NCBI GenBank assembly: GCA_016748015.1
Contig: JAAOMT010000561.1
Coordinates: forward strand, 271,504-335,503
DNA length: 64,000 bases
Direction: 5' to 3'
Source: Geosiphon pyriformis uo1
Lineage: Eukaryota > Fungi > Glomeromycota
The notes under the pieces are model-generated. The model saw only the letters and a list, made by a program, of their open reading frames with translations, was not told the origin of the DNA and made no database searches. A program made the translations under genes and the position numbers. Positions within the stretch are counted from its first letter, which is position 1; each line of letters begins with the position of its first letter. Below are positions 1 through 15,100 of this stretch, in pieces.

Positions 1-3000
1 AACGCCCACTTTAGAGGTTGTAAAAAAAAGCAGCATTAAATCGATTTCCGAACAATAAAAAATTATTAGATAATAAATTTAACATATTGTAATTAATAAG
101 ATTAATATTCTATTTCAAAATTTTGGTGGTAAATTCTAAATAAGTTCATGAGAAAAAACAAGGATAATAGACAAATACTGAGATTATTAACCTTAAATAA
201 TAAAAGATACTTTCCAATTCATTCCACAAAATTCTACTTAATCAAGTCGGATTTAAAAATAAAATTTATAACTTTGGGATCTTGGCTGAGATTGCATATC
301 TTGGCTACAATCTGGATTTAAATAATATGAACTATTTAAAAAAGTTTGACAATAAAATTAATGCAAAAAATATTTTATTAACTTGAGAGGGCTCTTGGAT
401 AAAGCATAATTAAGCCAAAGACAGACAATTTTTGTTTTATTTTCTTTTCAAGAAATTAAAAAGATCTCTTCATTACTTGTTGATCAAGAATGGTTTGAAG
501 ATATTAAGCAAATAATAAATTTTATTCTGGAAATAATTTTTCACTATATTAAAGACCACCACCAAAATTCGAATTGAATGGATTTATATTTGTTGTTAGC
601 TATTGTAGAAAGTACACTTAATTTTCCAAATTTAAATTGATAATCTATTTTTTATCAAACTCTTTAGCTTTTAAAATTATTCATTTCTCTTTTATTCTAT
701 ACAGTATATGATACTGTAAGAAACCAACAGTAAATTATCATTGGTGCAATATATAACATGGCTAATAATCTTTAGAGCACCAAAAGTTAGAAATTCAGTA
801 TTCACCCAATTACTTAAATAAAATTAAAATTACCAACTACTATTTTATACCATATATCTAATTTTTCTCTTAAAATTACAGAAGAGCATTTAATAGAATA
901 GAAATTTAAATAAAGTCTGAAACTAATTGTGAATATAAATAAGAAAAATTTAATATTTATAAATGTAAAAAAGACAAATTTAACGTTTATAGATGTCAAG
1001 ATTATTGTGTTTTGCCAAGAGTTTTATAAATTCAAAAAACCTTTTAAGATATTTTAATTCATAAATTTTTTTATTTTTTATGGTTTAGATCTAAAATTTT
1101 AATTTAATAGTGAACCGCTTTTTGTATTAAAATACAAAATTACGAAAAATTTCATCTTTTATATTCAAAAATCATTTCTTGTTGATTAAATCAAAATTTT
1201 TAGTTTAAAAAAAGAATACCAAAAGCTATATTAACACACATATTCCTGTTAAAATAATTTTTAATTTTTTATTATTATCTCTTTTATTAACTAGATTTTC
1301 TATTTATAAATTGAGCTGGTTATAATAACTAAAAACAAAGATAAATAAAAGTTTGAAATATTTTTAATTGTTATTCAAAAATATTATTTTAATATGAATA
1401 AAAATAACAGTTTGAGATGTCAATATAACCAGTTAATCAATATTTGAAAAAAAATAGTATAATTAAAAGGTTTTTTTATAGAAATCTTTATATATACTAT
1501 TTTAATTATTGGCTTAATTGTAGAAATATATGTTAACTAATTGTGAAATTTCATATTAAACTTTTTTTTATTGACATTTGTAATCTATTTTTTATATTTT
1601 AGTAAAATAATTATTCAAGTTTTACTAAAAATAAAAAACTGTATTTAAATATTATATATTAGTTTTTTATAATAATATATATATATTTGCTTTTTAATTC
1701 TATTCATTACAATAATATATTCAATAAGTTTATTTAAAAATAATGTTTTGAAGTTTTTTTTAAGTTCTTTTTGTTAATAAAAAAAACTAGAAAATAAAAA
1801 CTAGTTTTATTAAAATTTATTTTGTTATTTTTTGAGAAAAAAATAGTTTTATTGTATAAAAAATTTCAAAAAAAATATCTTATTAATTTTTTATTATTGT
1901 TTAATATTAAAAATTTTTAAAATTATTAATAAACTATTATTATTTAAAAATACTTGAATTAATTATAATATTTTATATTGATCATCTAAAAATTTTCAGT
2001 TAAAATGACCTTAATAATAAATAGTAAATAACAAAAATTTATTAAAATTGATAATAAATAAACTGTTTGAAATTAAATTAATTTTTTTTAATAATTTTAT
2101 TATATATTAATAAAATTTTATTTCTATATAAATTAAGTAAATATAAAAAAATTATTAATAAATATGATAAGCTTTCATATACAAAAATATTGAGAATCTT
2201 AAAAAAAAAATTCTAATAACTTTTTTAGTATTACAAAAATAATATCTGTTACTTAATAGTCAATTATTATAAATATCTTTATTAATTATGCTAAATTATA
2301 TCTTTTTATCTCTTTTTTTATTAAACTACTTTTTTTTTACTGTTCTTTATTTTTATAAAACATAAATAAAAAACTATCAATTATTAATTTTTTATTATCT
2401 AATTTTAAAATTTAATTTTAGTTATTTGGCAATTAATTTTTTATTCTGTATTTATTATTTATTTGTTTATTATTATTAAGTTGTTAATAATATTGGTAAT
2501 TTGAATTTGGTGCTTTTTAAATTTGTAAATTATTATTTGTATTGATTATAAATATTTATATTAATAAGTTAATAGATTTAAGTAATTTTGTTTTGATTAT
2601 AAATGTTTATGTTTATTAATTAATAAATATTGGTAATTTTATACTAATTATAAATATTTATATTCGTGAATTAATATTTTGTTATTAAATAAACAAAAAA
2701 CAAGAATAAATTATATTAGACATAGCAATATTATTATTTTTTTGATATAATTATCTATATATAAAATAAAATTTGCTTAAAAAACTTATTAATAATTACA
2801 TATTTGTAATTTATATAAATACAAAAATATAAAAATAAATTAATTAAACTTTTTTAGTATAATTAATTTAAAAATAATCTTTCAAGTTTTTAATATATAG
2901 TCTTTAAATATGTTTTTAATATAAATTGTAAACAAAATATTATTTTTATTATTATGTGTTAGGTGGCGTTTGGGCCTCATTCGTAAATAATAATAAAAAT

Positions 3001-5714
3001 TATTAATTAAGAAATCTTTTTGATAATTAAAATACTTATGTAGATTTTTATAACTCATTTATCCTAAAATAGCTAAATATATTTAATATAAGAAATAAAA
3101 TTCATATTTTTTAAATCATAAAACAAATAAAAAAGCAAAATAAATACTTATAATAAAATTAGTTATTAAAAACATAGATATTTATATCTTATAACAGAAA
3201 AAACCAATACATTAAACAAAATAATTTAGATAATTACAGCATAAAAGAAAATAATATTCATATTTTATAGCTAAAAAAAATTAAAAAATACAATAAAAAA
3301 CTTTTTTAAATATTAAAAAGTTTTATATTAAATATAATAATAATAAACAATATTACTTTAGTATAATAAATGTTTTCTTTTTACTTTTTTTAATTATAAA
3401 GTTTAATTTAATATTTGAAACTATTAATTTTTTGGCATTATATTGATATTTTTTTTTGTAGTTTTAATATTAATAAAAACAACTTTTTATTGTATTATAA
3501 AAATATCAGTTTTTTAAAAAATTTTTTATTAATATAAAAATAATTCTTATAGTTTTTAGGTTTATTATGCTGATATGTATAATTAAATTATAATAAATTG
3601 TATAAAAAATTAAAATTTTTTCTAATTAAGTTATTTTTTTTTTGAATTAATGTATTAAAATAAATGGTTAAAGAGTATATCATTTTTCTATAATCAGTTT
3701 TTGATCTTTAACAAATTTAGAGTTACAGAAACAGAAAATTATTTTTTTAAAAAAATTTAATAATAATAACAAATTATAAAAGGGAAACATCTTAAAAAAA
3801 ATTAAATAAATCTGTTAAATAATATGTATTGCTAAAATTTATATTTTATATGTATATTATTTAAAATTTAAATTTATATTATTAAACATTAACAATTTTT
3901 TTAATGAAAAATTTTATATTTTAATTTCAGTATAAAACTTTTCTATTTATGATGCAAAGAATAGGTTGATTAAATATTCAAAATTCTTATTAGTAAATTT
4001 TTATAACTAGTATTTTTAATATCAATTCAATTTAAAACAAATAATTATTAAAAATTTTATTTGCAGATTTTACTATACATTGAAATTTTTTTTTAAAGTA
4101 TAATTTTAGTTTTAAAATTACTTTGGCATTGATGTTATATAATTTTGACTGATAAAATATTTATTTTTATTAAAAAAATAATTTTTGAATTATAAAAAAA
4201 TACTTAGCAAGTTTTCTTGTTTCTAGTTTTGGTGTTATTATCACATGCTTTTAATTCATATATTATAGTTATAAAATAAAAAATTAATATATAATATAAA
4301 TTAAATTATATCATAAATAATCTCTATACCATGTAAAGCTTATTAATTTTATATTTGAAGATTTTAAAAATTTTTTTAATGAATTTGACCTTATTTTTTT
4401 GAAATTTTAATTTTTGAAAAAACTTTTAAATTTTAAATTTTATCTGAAAAATTTATTAATTATAAGCTTAATAATTGTATTTTAATCCATAAATATTAAT
4501 TTATAAAAATATGTATCAGATTATTTTTTTATAATTTGATTTTATAAATATGTCCATAATACAAAATAGTAAATATAAAAGAATAGCAAATATAAAGTTA
4601 TTTAATTTAAAATTAATTAATATGATTATTCACAATAAAAAATAAAATATAAAGCTGAGTTTCATTGCTATTGTTACTTAATTTATGACACTTATTAATT
4701 TTTAATCTAGCAACAACAAAAAATAATATTTTTGTTATAAGTTGAAAACAAGTTAAAAAAATAAATAAAATAAGGAACTTAAAAACTTAAAAAAAAAGCA
4801 AACTAAATATATAAGTAATTCAATTAAAAAAGCAATTGTTATATATTAATTTATCAAAAAAAAATTGAATTAATTATTAATTTGTTAACTAATTGTTAAT
4901 ATATATATGAATATTACTTTTTTTCACTTTCCAATTAACTCACAAGTCTTTCTTTGAATAATTTGTTTTTTATTTTTATTTGTTAGAATTAGTTTAAAAA
5001 GAAAAAAACTTGTTGCATTGAATTTTAAAATTGTTTATTGAGATATAAAGTTATTATTTTATTGATAATTACAAACTATTTTTATTTTTTTTATTTTTTT
5101 GAAATTAATATTTCAAAATTGTTTTTTTAATTAAATTACCTACAAATTCAATTTGCTTTTTATTTTAAGCGAATTCCAAATTAATTTTATTAATTTTTAT
5201 TAATTTGTTACATTAACTCATAAAATTATAATTTATAAAAGCAAAACCTTTATTTTTTAAGCTAAATTTAATAATAATATTAAAATTTATGATAATTAAT
5301 TTTACACAAAGATTTTATAAATTTAATTTGAATATTATAAAATAGTATTAGGGTTTATAAAGTCTTATTTATATATTTAATAAAAAGAACTAAGGACCAA
5401 TTAAGTGACAGAGTCAATATTTTATTCAACAAAAAATTCATTGATTAAATCAAAAATTTGGTTAAAAATATATAAAATATAAATGGCTAATACATAATTA
5501 AATATAATTAAGATAATTAAGTATGGATGTCAACTAACAACATATTGAAAACAAAATCATCAAATTGGCTTTAAAAAGTTAAAAAATATGACGAATGAAT
5601 ATATAGTGTGACAAAAAAAATCAACTTTGCAAATAGATCACAGTTTCACACGGAATCTTATAATTAATATATTGTTAGGAAGGCTAAAAGCCACTGATTT
5701 TATTACTATAAAAT

Positions 5715-6545
5715 TTAACGTGCATTTCGTTCGCCTTTACTCTTGATAATCAATTCATAACGCCGCAACATTGAATTTACTAAACTGTATAGCATGGTTT
5801 TCGCATCCATATTTTGTGGCATTCACGTTTAGCGATTGCCCACAGATTTTCAATAAAATTTAGATCCAAACTACTGGACAGCCAGTCAATAACTTGAAGT
5901 ATATTTTCTGCAAGAAACACCTTAGCTACTCGACCTGTATGCTTAGAATCATTATCTTATTGAATGCACCCCTTCTTCCCAAGTATTCTATTAACTTTTC
6001 TGATATTTTGTTGCAAAATTGCAATATAAAACTTAGCACGCATAATATGCCAAACAAGTAAACTGCTGTTTTTCTTCATACTATACAAATATTTTGTAGG
6101 ATCTTTTCATCTTGGCCAAATTGGCTGTTTTCCCTTGTACCAATGTTGATTTCTGTTTGGGAACAGTTGAAATGCTGCTTTATCAGAAACTAAGGGTTTT
6201 CCAGTTACCATTAAGATAAAATTTTCCCCATTCAACACATTCTTGCCTTTGAATTTGCCCGAGCATTTGCGTAGTGATTCGTAAGTTTTTCATATATCCA
6301 ACTAATTTTTAAATGTCTCTCAATTGTGTGATTGGAAAGATAAGAATTTTATCAACATGTTGACCCTACTTTTCTCAATATATGTTCATAATTTCTCTAC
6401 GATGACTATAACCGCCTTTGTGCTCAATCCTTTTTATTTTCTCCAACCTTTTGACATTCTATAGTAAGTAGTTTAGTGATTTTAGTTTGGAGATCAGCTT
6501 TTGCTTGCTACATTCTTTGACTGACAGATTCATTTCTAATGGCAA
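5715..6545 (-). mobile_element. Degenerate Tc1/mariner (DD34E) transposase relic
   Basis: Manual minus-strand translation gives SDKAAFQLF (first D), Q*DNDSKHTGRVAKVFLAENILQVIDWLSSSLDLNFIENLWAIAKR (34 residues between D and E; decayed WPSNSPDLNPIENLW) and LVNSMLRRYELIIKSKGER. Many stops and frameshifts; TIRs not identified. Confidence 0.9.
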
Positions 6546-7796
6546 TCTTATTGAATAAAAAAAAAAAAAGTTATATATGTAGTAACTTTAAGTTTTTTTC
6601 TCACAGATTATATAACTTAGAAGAGCTATTAAACAGATTTTTAATTGGTTCTTGATCAAATATATATTTTTAAAACTTCATTTTATTTAAACATTCGAAA
6701 TAAAAAGAAGCAGTTTAAAAATATCATTGCAAAAACATACAAAAAAACAAGAAATGAAATAATGAAAAAAATGGATTCAAAAAAATCCTAATGAATAATA
6801 GACATGAATATTGAAACTGAAAACATAAAGAATAACATCTAATATTGAATTTTAATAATGCCAATTCAGGCATAATGCTATATCAGCTGTACTTCAGCTT
6901 ATTATTTTACATAAATTCTTATTCAATATTTGATTTGAAAATTAATAGGCAATATAAATTAGAATTTTAAAATAAATATTTATATATTATTTCACATTGT
7001 TTTTTTACATTAGAAATTTTAATTTTAATATTATAAAAATTTAAAGTAGTCATCACGAATATTTAAATTCACAATTTTTAATTACATATAAAAAAAATTT
7101 ATTAATTCACAATTTAATAATTATTGTATGAAATTTAAAAAAATATTTTTTATTTATAGTAATTAAAAATATTATACAAATCATGAATAATAAATTATTA
7201 AGCATGATATATTTACATCAAAATCTATATAATGTGTAAGTTATAAGAAGACATATAAAGCTGTAAGTTATTAAATGAACCATAAATACGAACATTCTTT
7301 TTGCGCCTATACAAAAGCTTTTTTAACATTTTACGTTATGCTAAATTTAATGAATTTAATGAATTTATTTTGTTTATTCACATCGAAATTTCTTTAGTTA
7401 AATTTTATTTGTGCATAGTATTTAGCACAGCTTTTATAATCTTATTTTCAAAGAAATGTAGGTGATTTCTGGTGGATTTTGATTTGAATAAAGAAAACTT
7501 CTAAAAAATACTAATATGTTGTTGTATGATAAGTGTTTTTGGAATATTATCCTTGTTCCTCAAAAATGCAATTTAGCTTACAGTGGGAATCTCTTGAAAC
7601 TTCGAAATAAAATTAGTTTTAATGGACTTATGGTTTATAAATGTTTTTTGTTAAAGAACTTTAAACGATATTAAATGATAAGGGAATTATTACCTTTTTA
7701 AAAAATTTCCTGCAGCAGGTTGTAACCAATGCATATTAATATTAATATAAAATTAAAATACCATTCTTTTTAAAATCAACTTTTAATATCTTATCA

Positions 7797-9295
7797 ATGG
7801 CACCCCAACAACTATTTCACCCTTTATCTCACGATTTCGAGAGCTTATTGAATAGTCAGAATTTTTCTGATGTTAGAATTATTGTTGGCGAAGCGTCTAA
7901 TACTAGAACTTTTCATGTTCATTCTCAAATTTTAGCGGCAAGATCCTCGTATTTTGCTATAGCACTCTCTGGTGATTGGGTTAAAGAGAAAATAACACTA
8001 TCGTCTTTTCTAAACCTAATATATCGCCAGATATTTTTGAGCTGATTCTTCGGTGAGTAATTTTGTTTGCTTAATAATTCTATTCATGACTATTTAATTT
8101 ATTTTATTTTATCTAGATACATTTATAGTGGTGAAATATCTCTTAATGAACACGGACCACTTACAATCTTAGAATTGTTTATTGCCGCTGACGAGCTTAT
8201 TCTAGAAAAACTTATTGATCACCTTGAAGATTATTTAATTGAACACCATGTAAAAGAGTTGGAAGAAAATTTTGCCACCTTTCATGAAACATCCTTCATC
8301 CATCATTCGTTCAAAAAGCTACAAAAGTTCTGCATCGAAATAGCTGTCAACAATTCATCCGCAGTCTTTAACTCTCAAAATTTTACTTCCCTTAATAGAA
8401 ATGTCCTTTGCTCAATTTTATCCTGGGATGACCGAAACATGGAAGAAAGTGAAATATGGGAAAAGATTATAGAATGGGGAGTCGCTAAATTAAGCAATGG
8501 GATTCAATTGAAAAAATTTCTTAATTGGACAGATGAAAACTTTGAAGCTTTTAAGGAATCTATTGAAGAACTTCTACCTTTAATCCGGTTCTTTAACATC
8601 TCTTCAGTTGACTTTTATTATAAAGTAAAGCTATTTGCGAGAATTTTACCTGGAACCTTATATGAAGATCTTTTACACCATTATCTAGTAACAGGGAGTC
8701 ATCAAAAATCTGTTGACGCTCATCCATTACGGTTTTCATGATCAAATTTTGATTCAAAGCTTCTCCAATCGCATAATATAAAGCAGCTTGATCATTGGAT
8801 TCAAGGCAAAGACGAAAATACTCCTTTGGAAGATCAACTTGAAAATGAATTTAAATTACTACTTCGAGGCAGTCGAGACGGATTCTCACCAAATGATTTT
8901 CATCGGTTATGTGATAACAACGGAGCAAAAATTACTGTAATCAAAGTCAAAGGAACTGGTCAATTGATTGGCGGCTATGCCCCAAAATCTTGGCATTCTC
9001 GTGGCAATTGGATAGGTGGAGAGGAAAGTTTTATTTTTTCCTTTTGAGATGGCAAAGCTCAAAATGCTAAACTTAGCAAGCTTATTAGTGGACTTGGACT
9101 TTTTGGTTATAAAGAGTTCGGACTCCAATTTGGCAGTTATAGTATTCGAACCTATAGTAATAATTTTCAATCTATTCCATGCAGTTGTATAAAGGAAACA
9201 AATTATGAGCACGTTATAATGCCAGGGTCAGAAAATACAGCGGTAGAATATTTTTTTTGATGAGTATGAAAGTTTTTCAAATTATCAAAAATTAA
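7797..9295 (+). pseudogene. BTB/POZ-BACK-TLDc protein pseudogene (copy A)
   Basis: BTB (FSDVRIIVGE...FHVHSQILAARSSYF), intron GTGAGT..CTAG at about 8053-8117 before YIYSG, BACK-like region, TLDc (FKLLLRGSRDGF...LIGGY). One-base deletion near 7985 relative to copy B; premature TGA at 8739-8741 and 9045-9047. Confidence 0.92.
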
Positions 9296-12200
9296 ATCAC
9301 TGCATAAGATATTTTTTAAAGGTATGCTAAATAGGACTCCCAACTTTGGAATTTGTACCTACAGCATCTTTTATAGCCTATCGCTCTAAGGCCCCGGCCC
9401 AAGAAATTCGAAATTGCAAATGAAATATTTTTTAAACCCAGTAAATTCTGAATAGGTTTACCCTATGAATTTTTTTTTAGAGATACAATATATTTTGATA
9501 GAGAGCAATCTAAGTTTAGATTTTATTTATGAGATTCAGGAGCAGCCGAAGTATAGATAAAATAAGCTAATTTATTACCAAGCTCAAGAAAGTCTATGGG
9601 ACAATTATATGAGGTTAGGGTAAACGAAAGCCATATTGGGTTTAGGCTAAAATATAAAACACTGAATACTCAGGACGTATTATATACTTAAATTTCAGCC
9701 ATTCAATGTTTTTGTTAAAATACAAGAATCTCAAAGTAAAGGCTGTTAGTACTCAGTAAATAAACATCAAATAATTGGTAATAATTGTTTGAATTTCAAT
9801 TTATAAGTTACTAAGCAATTTAAAAAGTACAATATGTAGAAATTACTTAAAGATTTAATACTTAATCTAAACAACAAAAGATTTAGTTAAAACCAAATAG
9901 ACTCTTAATCGAATAACTTTGTTAGATTTAAAATAAAATAAATAAATAATTGTTTGTAAAGCTTTTTAAGATTTTTTATCCTATTGCAGTTTGTAAGATC
10001 GTTTTCCTAAAACTTTATACAATTAATTATTCTATTAAATTATGGGTATAAGAATAATAAGATAATAATGAGAAACATGTTATTCCAAAATTTTAACTAA
10101 ATTTTGAAACCTCTTACTAATGAAAATTTGACCAAAAATTAAAAAAATTTTATAACTTATAATTATTTAACATTAATTATACAATATTTTGAATTATGCA
10201 ATATTGAAAAGTTTATAAAATATAAATAGTTTGCCAAAATTTTCATAAAAATAATACTATTTAAAATAAATTAAAAAAAGCTTTTTTATTCAAAGAATAT
10301 ATTCTTAAGCCAAAAAGAAAATATTTTATTAAAATTATTAATTAAGTAAATAATGTGAATTTTACTTTAAAAAACTAGCAATATTGCTAAATTAAAAGAA
10401 TTCAAAGTGATTAAATTGTTTTCAAAAGTGTTATAATATTCAAAAATAAAAACAATGTATCTTTAAATAATTTATTACAATTTTTAAAACATTTTATTAA
10501 AATAGAATTTAATAATGCTTATGATTGTAATAAAACAGCTTGTTATTAAAAATTAGAACTCTTTAAAATTTTTCAATATTTTATTGTTAATACAAAAAAG
10601 TTAATAAAAATATTTTTATTTGTATAATATATAAATAATAACACGTAAATACAATTACACTTTTTTAAAATTGATTGAAAAATATAAAATTTCAACCAAA
10701 ATATTTTATTATTTTTTAATAATATTAGATTTTATATATTTGCAAAAATATTTTTTATTAATATATGATGTTGGAATTATTTATCTAAAATAAGTTTTTT
10801 AATTTAAAAATATATAAATCGATTAATTAAAATGTTAATAAAAAAATTGTTTGTCATAAACAAAGTTAATATTTATATTAACATTATTGATGTAATTAGT
10901 TTTTTTTGTATAAACTTAAATCTAATTCAATTAGTACAGTTTAAAATAAAACAAATTTTTTTTACATTGGTAAATATTTTTTTATTCGATAATAATAATA
11001 TAAGAATTTAATAAAGAAAATACAAATAGTATTAAAAGCTATTTCGAAATTAATTTCATTTTAATAAAAAGATTATTAAAGTTGTTATTACTACAAAAAA
11101 ACTTTAAAAGTTGAAAAGTTAAAAATATTGTAAATACAGCAAAAAGTAATTCAAATAATAATTTTAATATTGTAATTACATATATAAAATAAATTTCCAA
11201 ATTTTGAAAATAAATTACATACACAATTATTTTTTTATTTTAATAATATCTATATTTTATATTTGTTGATTTAATTATATTTATTAATTTTTTTAATTAT
11301 TGTTTTTTTTATAAATTTTTTATTTAATTTATATAATAATAATAATAATAATAATAATTAGTAATAATAACAACATTTTATTAATTTAAAATTACTAATT
11401 TTAATTATTGCCCGAATTATTATATATATTAAAAAGCTATAAACTAAAAATGTATTTAATTAAAAGTATTGTTAACTTTAGATTAATATAAGAAATTATA
11501 AATATATACATATTTAAATTAAATTAAATTATATACTTTTACATATAAATAGCTATTTAATAATATAGTTATAGATTATTAACTAAAAAAATTAAATTAA
11601 TAATATTAAAAATTAATAGTTTTCAATTTAAAAAATATATTTATAATAAATAAATTTTATTTTAATTATTTTTAATTTTATTATTATTAATTACTAAATA
11701 CAATTTAATTATTACTTATTATAATATAATTATAAAAAACATTAAAATAAATATAACTTATGTTTTTTTTTATACAATTAGCTACTTAACTAATCAAAAC
11801 AATACTATATAGCTATAGTATTAAAAATACCAAAAAATTCTTAAAAAATAGATATAAATTAAACCAAAATTTACATAATATTTTTTAATAAAATAATTAA
11901 CATAATCTAAATAATTAAAGCCAAATACAACAGAGCAACTAATATTAAATTATAACTGATTTATTATTAATTAACAAATTTTTTTATAAAAAGCTTTAAA
12001 CTTAAAATTTAATAACTCTATTATCAATTTATAATAAAGCCCTAAACCAAATTTATTATTTATAAGTTAATTATAGTAGCATTTTTAAAACTCAAAAAAC
12101 CAATTTTTAAAAACCAATTCTTAATTATAGTTAAATAAATACAATTAACAAAAATAATATTATACAATAATCGCAAAATTAAGAAAAATACAAACTATAA

Positions 12201-12399
12201 ATCAAAAATAATAATATATTTATTAACAAAAATGGCTTTTATAATAATATTAAAAACACACAAAAAAATATAATTAAAATTTTTATACGATTTATAACAA
12301 ATACAAATTATACTTAGATATTTAGAATTAAAAAGTTTTTTGTTTATAATAATATATAATAAGTTTTTATAATATATATAGAAAGACTAATAATAATAT

Positions 12400-15100
12400 A
12401 ACTTGAAAAATCTATATATATGTATTTATTAAAATATTATATTAAGCTGGTTTTTAAAGTATTTAAATTTTTTATTAATAATATATTAATAAATTTTATT
12501 ACATAATTAAATTTTTAAACTACAAAACTAATTGAATTAAACAAATTTTTAATAAAATAATATGTATTTTAAAAACTATTTTGTTATTTGTTAAATAATT
12601 TTTTTTTAATATTAGTAAACAGCATAAAATCTAAATTTAAAGTATTAATTACAAATATATTAGCATAATTATTATTTATATTGTCTGAATAATTTTTTAT
12701 AAATGTATTATTATTTTACTTAACAACAATTATAAAAATCAAAACTTAACAAATATTGTTTTAATTTATATATATTAAAAAATACCTAATTATTTAAATT
12801 AAAAACCATTAAGTTTTAAACAAAAATATTATTCAGAACCAAAACAATAATTTATAACTTAGCCAAAATTAATAACATTAATTTATAAATACTTATTCTA
12901 ATATTTAAATTTAAATCTGAAAAATATGTAAATGTTTTATTAATAATATTAAAAAATTTTAATTTTTTAACAAAGTCATCTGTAAAAATTAAAATCAGAT
13001 TTAAACAAATATTATAAAAATTTGTTTTAACTATTCTAAAGTTGTTAAAATTAGACAAATACTAATAATATAAAAAATGATACAAGTAAATTATTGTTAA
13101 TAAAACTATTTTTTTAATAAAATTTACAATAATATTAAGTTATAACATAATTAAACTTTTAAAATTAAGTTTTTTTAATAATAATAAAATTTTAAATTGA
13201 AACAAAAATCATAAAAATTTAATAAATAGTTACAAAAACAATAACTAATTACTTAAAAAACTAGATTATATTATTAAAAATTGAACTTTTATTTTTAAAA
13301 TAAAAAAAATTTAAAAAATTATTAATAAAAATATACTATATTTAAAAAAAATATAAATTATATTAACCAAAAATTTGTTTAACAAATTTACAGATAACAT
13401 AATCAAAAATATTATGCTTATTATTATGTTTTTAACTTAAATTTGGTTAAAAGTTTTTAGATTATTTAATAAAAAATAATATACAATTTTATTTAAAAAA
13501 TTTTTAAATAGATTAATTTTAATTTTTAGTTTTTTTTTAATAATATATTTTATTTTTTACACATATTTTTTGACATAAAACTAAATTAAGTCTTATAGCT
13601 ACAGAACTACCAAAACTAAATACAAAAATTGTTTATTAAAAACAGTTTTTTTTAAAACTAAATTAGTAAAGAATTTTATATTTAAGTATACTTTTTTCAA
13701 ATTAGACTTAAATAAATTATAAGTTAACAAAAAAATTTTAAAATATTTATGTATTTTACTTTTTTTAACAAAAAAATAAATAAGTCACTAATCTTTAAAA
13801 AAACTTTTTTAATTTATTAATTAATAAAAATAGCTATAATTTTCTTATTGTTAATTAAAATATTGTTAATCTAAAAAATTTATTTGTAATATTCAAAATA
13901 TACTAAATAGTAATCTAATTATTTTTAATTCAAATAATATTGTTAATAAATATATTAATTGCTAAATAAGATATTAATATTAATTTTGTAGTTACATAAA
14001 CTTTTATGTCTTTAATTTTATACAAAAAAAAATTATTGAAAATTTTTTAAAGTAATAATAAAAAAATCTTATTTAATTTAAATTATTATGTATTTTATAA
14101 TTATTTATTAATCCAAAATTTGTAATTATCTAATTAATTTTATTACAATAAATACTTTTAAAAAAATTTAAAAAAACTTTTTATACATTTAACTTAAGTA
14201 AACTATTTTTTATATAAGATTAATTTATTAAGTTATAAGTTTTATATATATTTTGCAGAATTAATTATAGCTTTCAATTTTTTTTAAAATATTTTTTATA
14301 ATAGAACTTACAATAAAAACAAAAAACTAAGCTAAAATGTTTTTTAATACAAAAAAATTAGTTTTGTAAAAAATTTTTTATTTATAAAACTTAAAATTAT
14401 AAATATTCAACCTTTTTTTACAACTTTAAAACTGTTTTATATAATACACCAAATATAAAAAATTCAAAAGTAATTTTAAAACAAACTTATTACAATGTTT
14501 TTATAATTTATTAATAATATTAAATTAATAACTTTTTTATTTAACAAATTAACAATTATTTTAAACAATTTTTTATATTTAATTACATTTATTATTTCAA
14601 AAAAAATTTATTATCAACATAATTTAAAAGCAAATACTAATAATATTAAAGATTAAAAATTATGTTTAATAATATAACTTTTATTATAAATAAAGCTTTT
14701 TATATACTTAATATAACAGATTTAATTCTAGATTTTTTAGTTTTTAAAAATTTATAAAGCTTAAATATATAATAAAACTTCTTTATTTTAAATATAACAA
14801 GCTTAATATTATTAAAATTGAATTTGTATAAATTAAATTTTGAATATTTATAGTCTTAATATTATTAAAAAACAAATATTAACTTAACAACTTTATAAAT
14901 TCATTGAAAATTCTAATTTTAATGTATTAATAATCTTTAAAATCAAACATTCTAATTTAAAGACCTAAATAATATCTTAATCATATTATTATTAAAATTA
15001 TTAAACCATAATTTAATAAATATCTTATTAATTAAAAAATACATAACTTTTTAAATCTCTATTTTTTCTAAAATTATTAAACTTTTTAAAAAAATTAATT
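12400..15100 (+). mobile_element. Hypermutated Ty3/Gypsy-type LTR retrotransposon pol relic (boundaries approximate)
   Basis: Ordered RT motifs recoverable by reverting G>A/C>T: TTA AAT TTG GTT AAA AGT TTT TAG at 13437-13460 (LDLAKGFW); TTT TTT AAT AAT ATA at about 13533 (YxDDI-like); AAA CTA AAT near 13613 (KLN..KC-like); AAA TTA GAC TTA AAT AAA TTA TAA GTT at 13699-13725 (KPDPDKLQA). Possible chromodomain KYLIN*K near 15018. LTRs not located. Confidence 0.55.

Noticed and set aside
1-1000. Possible non-LTR retrotransposon remnant
   Set aside because: Coding-like texture with stops, but no diagnostic motif could be recovered by eye; needs a translated search.
8907-9212. Minus-strand ORF conserved with 56125-56430
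   Set aside because: Antisense shadow of the duplicated TLDc coding region; the similarity reflects recent duplication.
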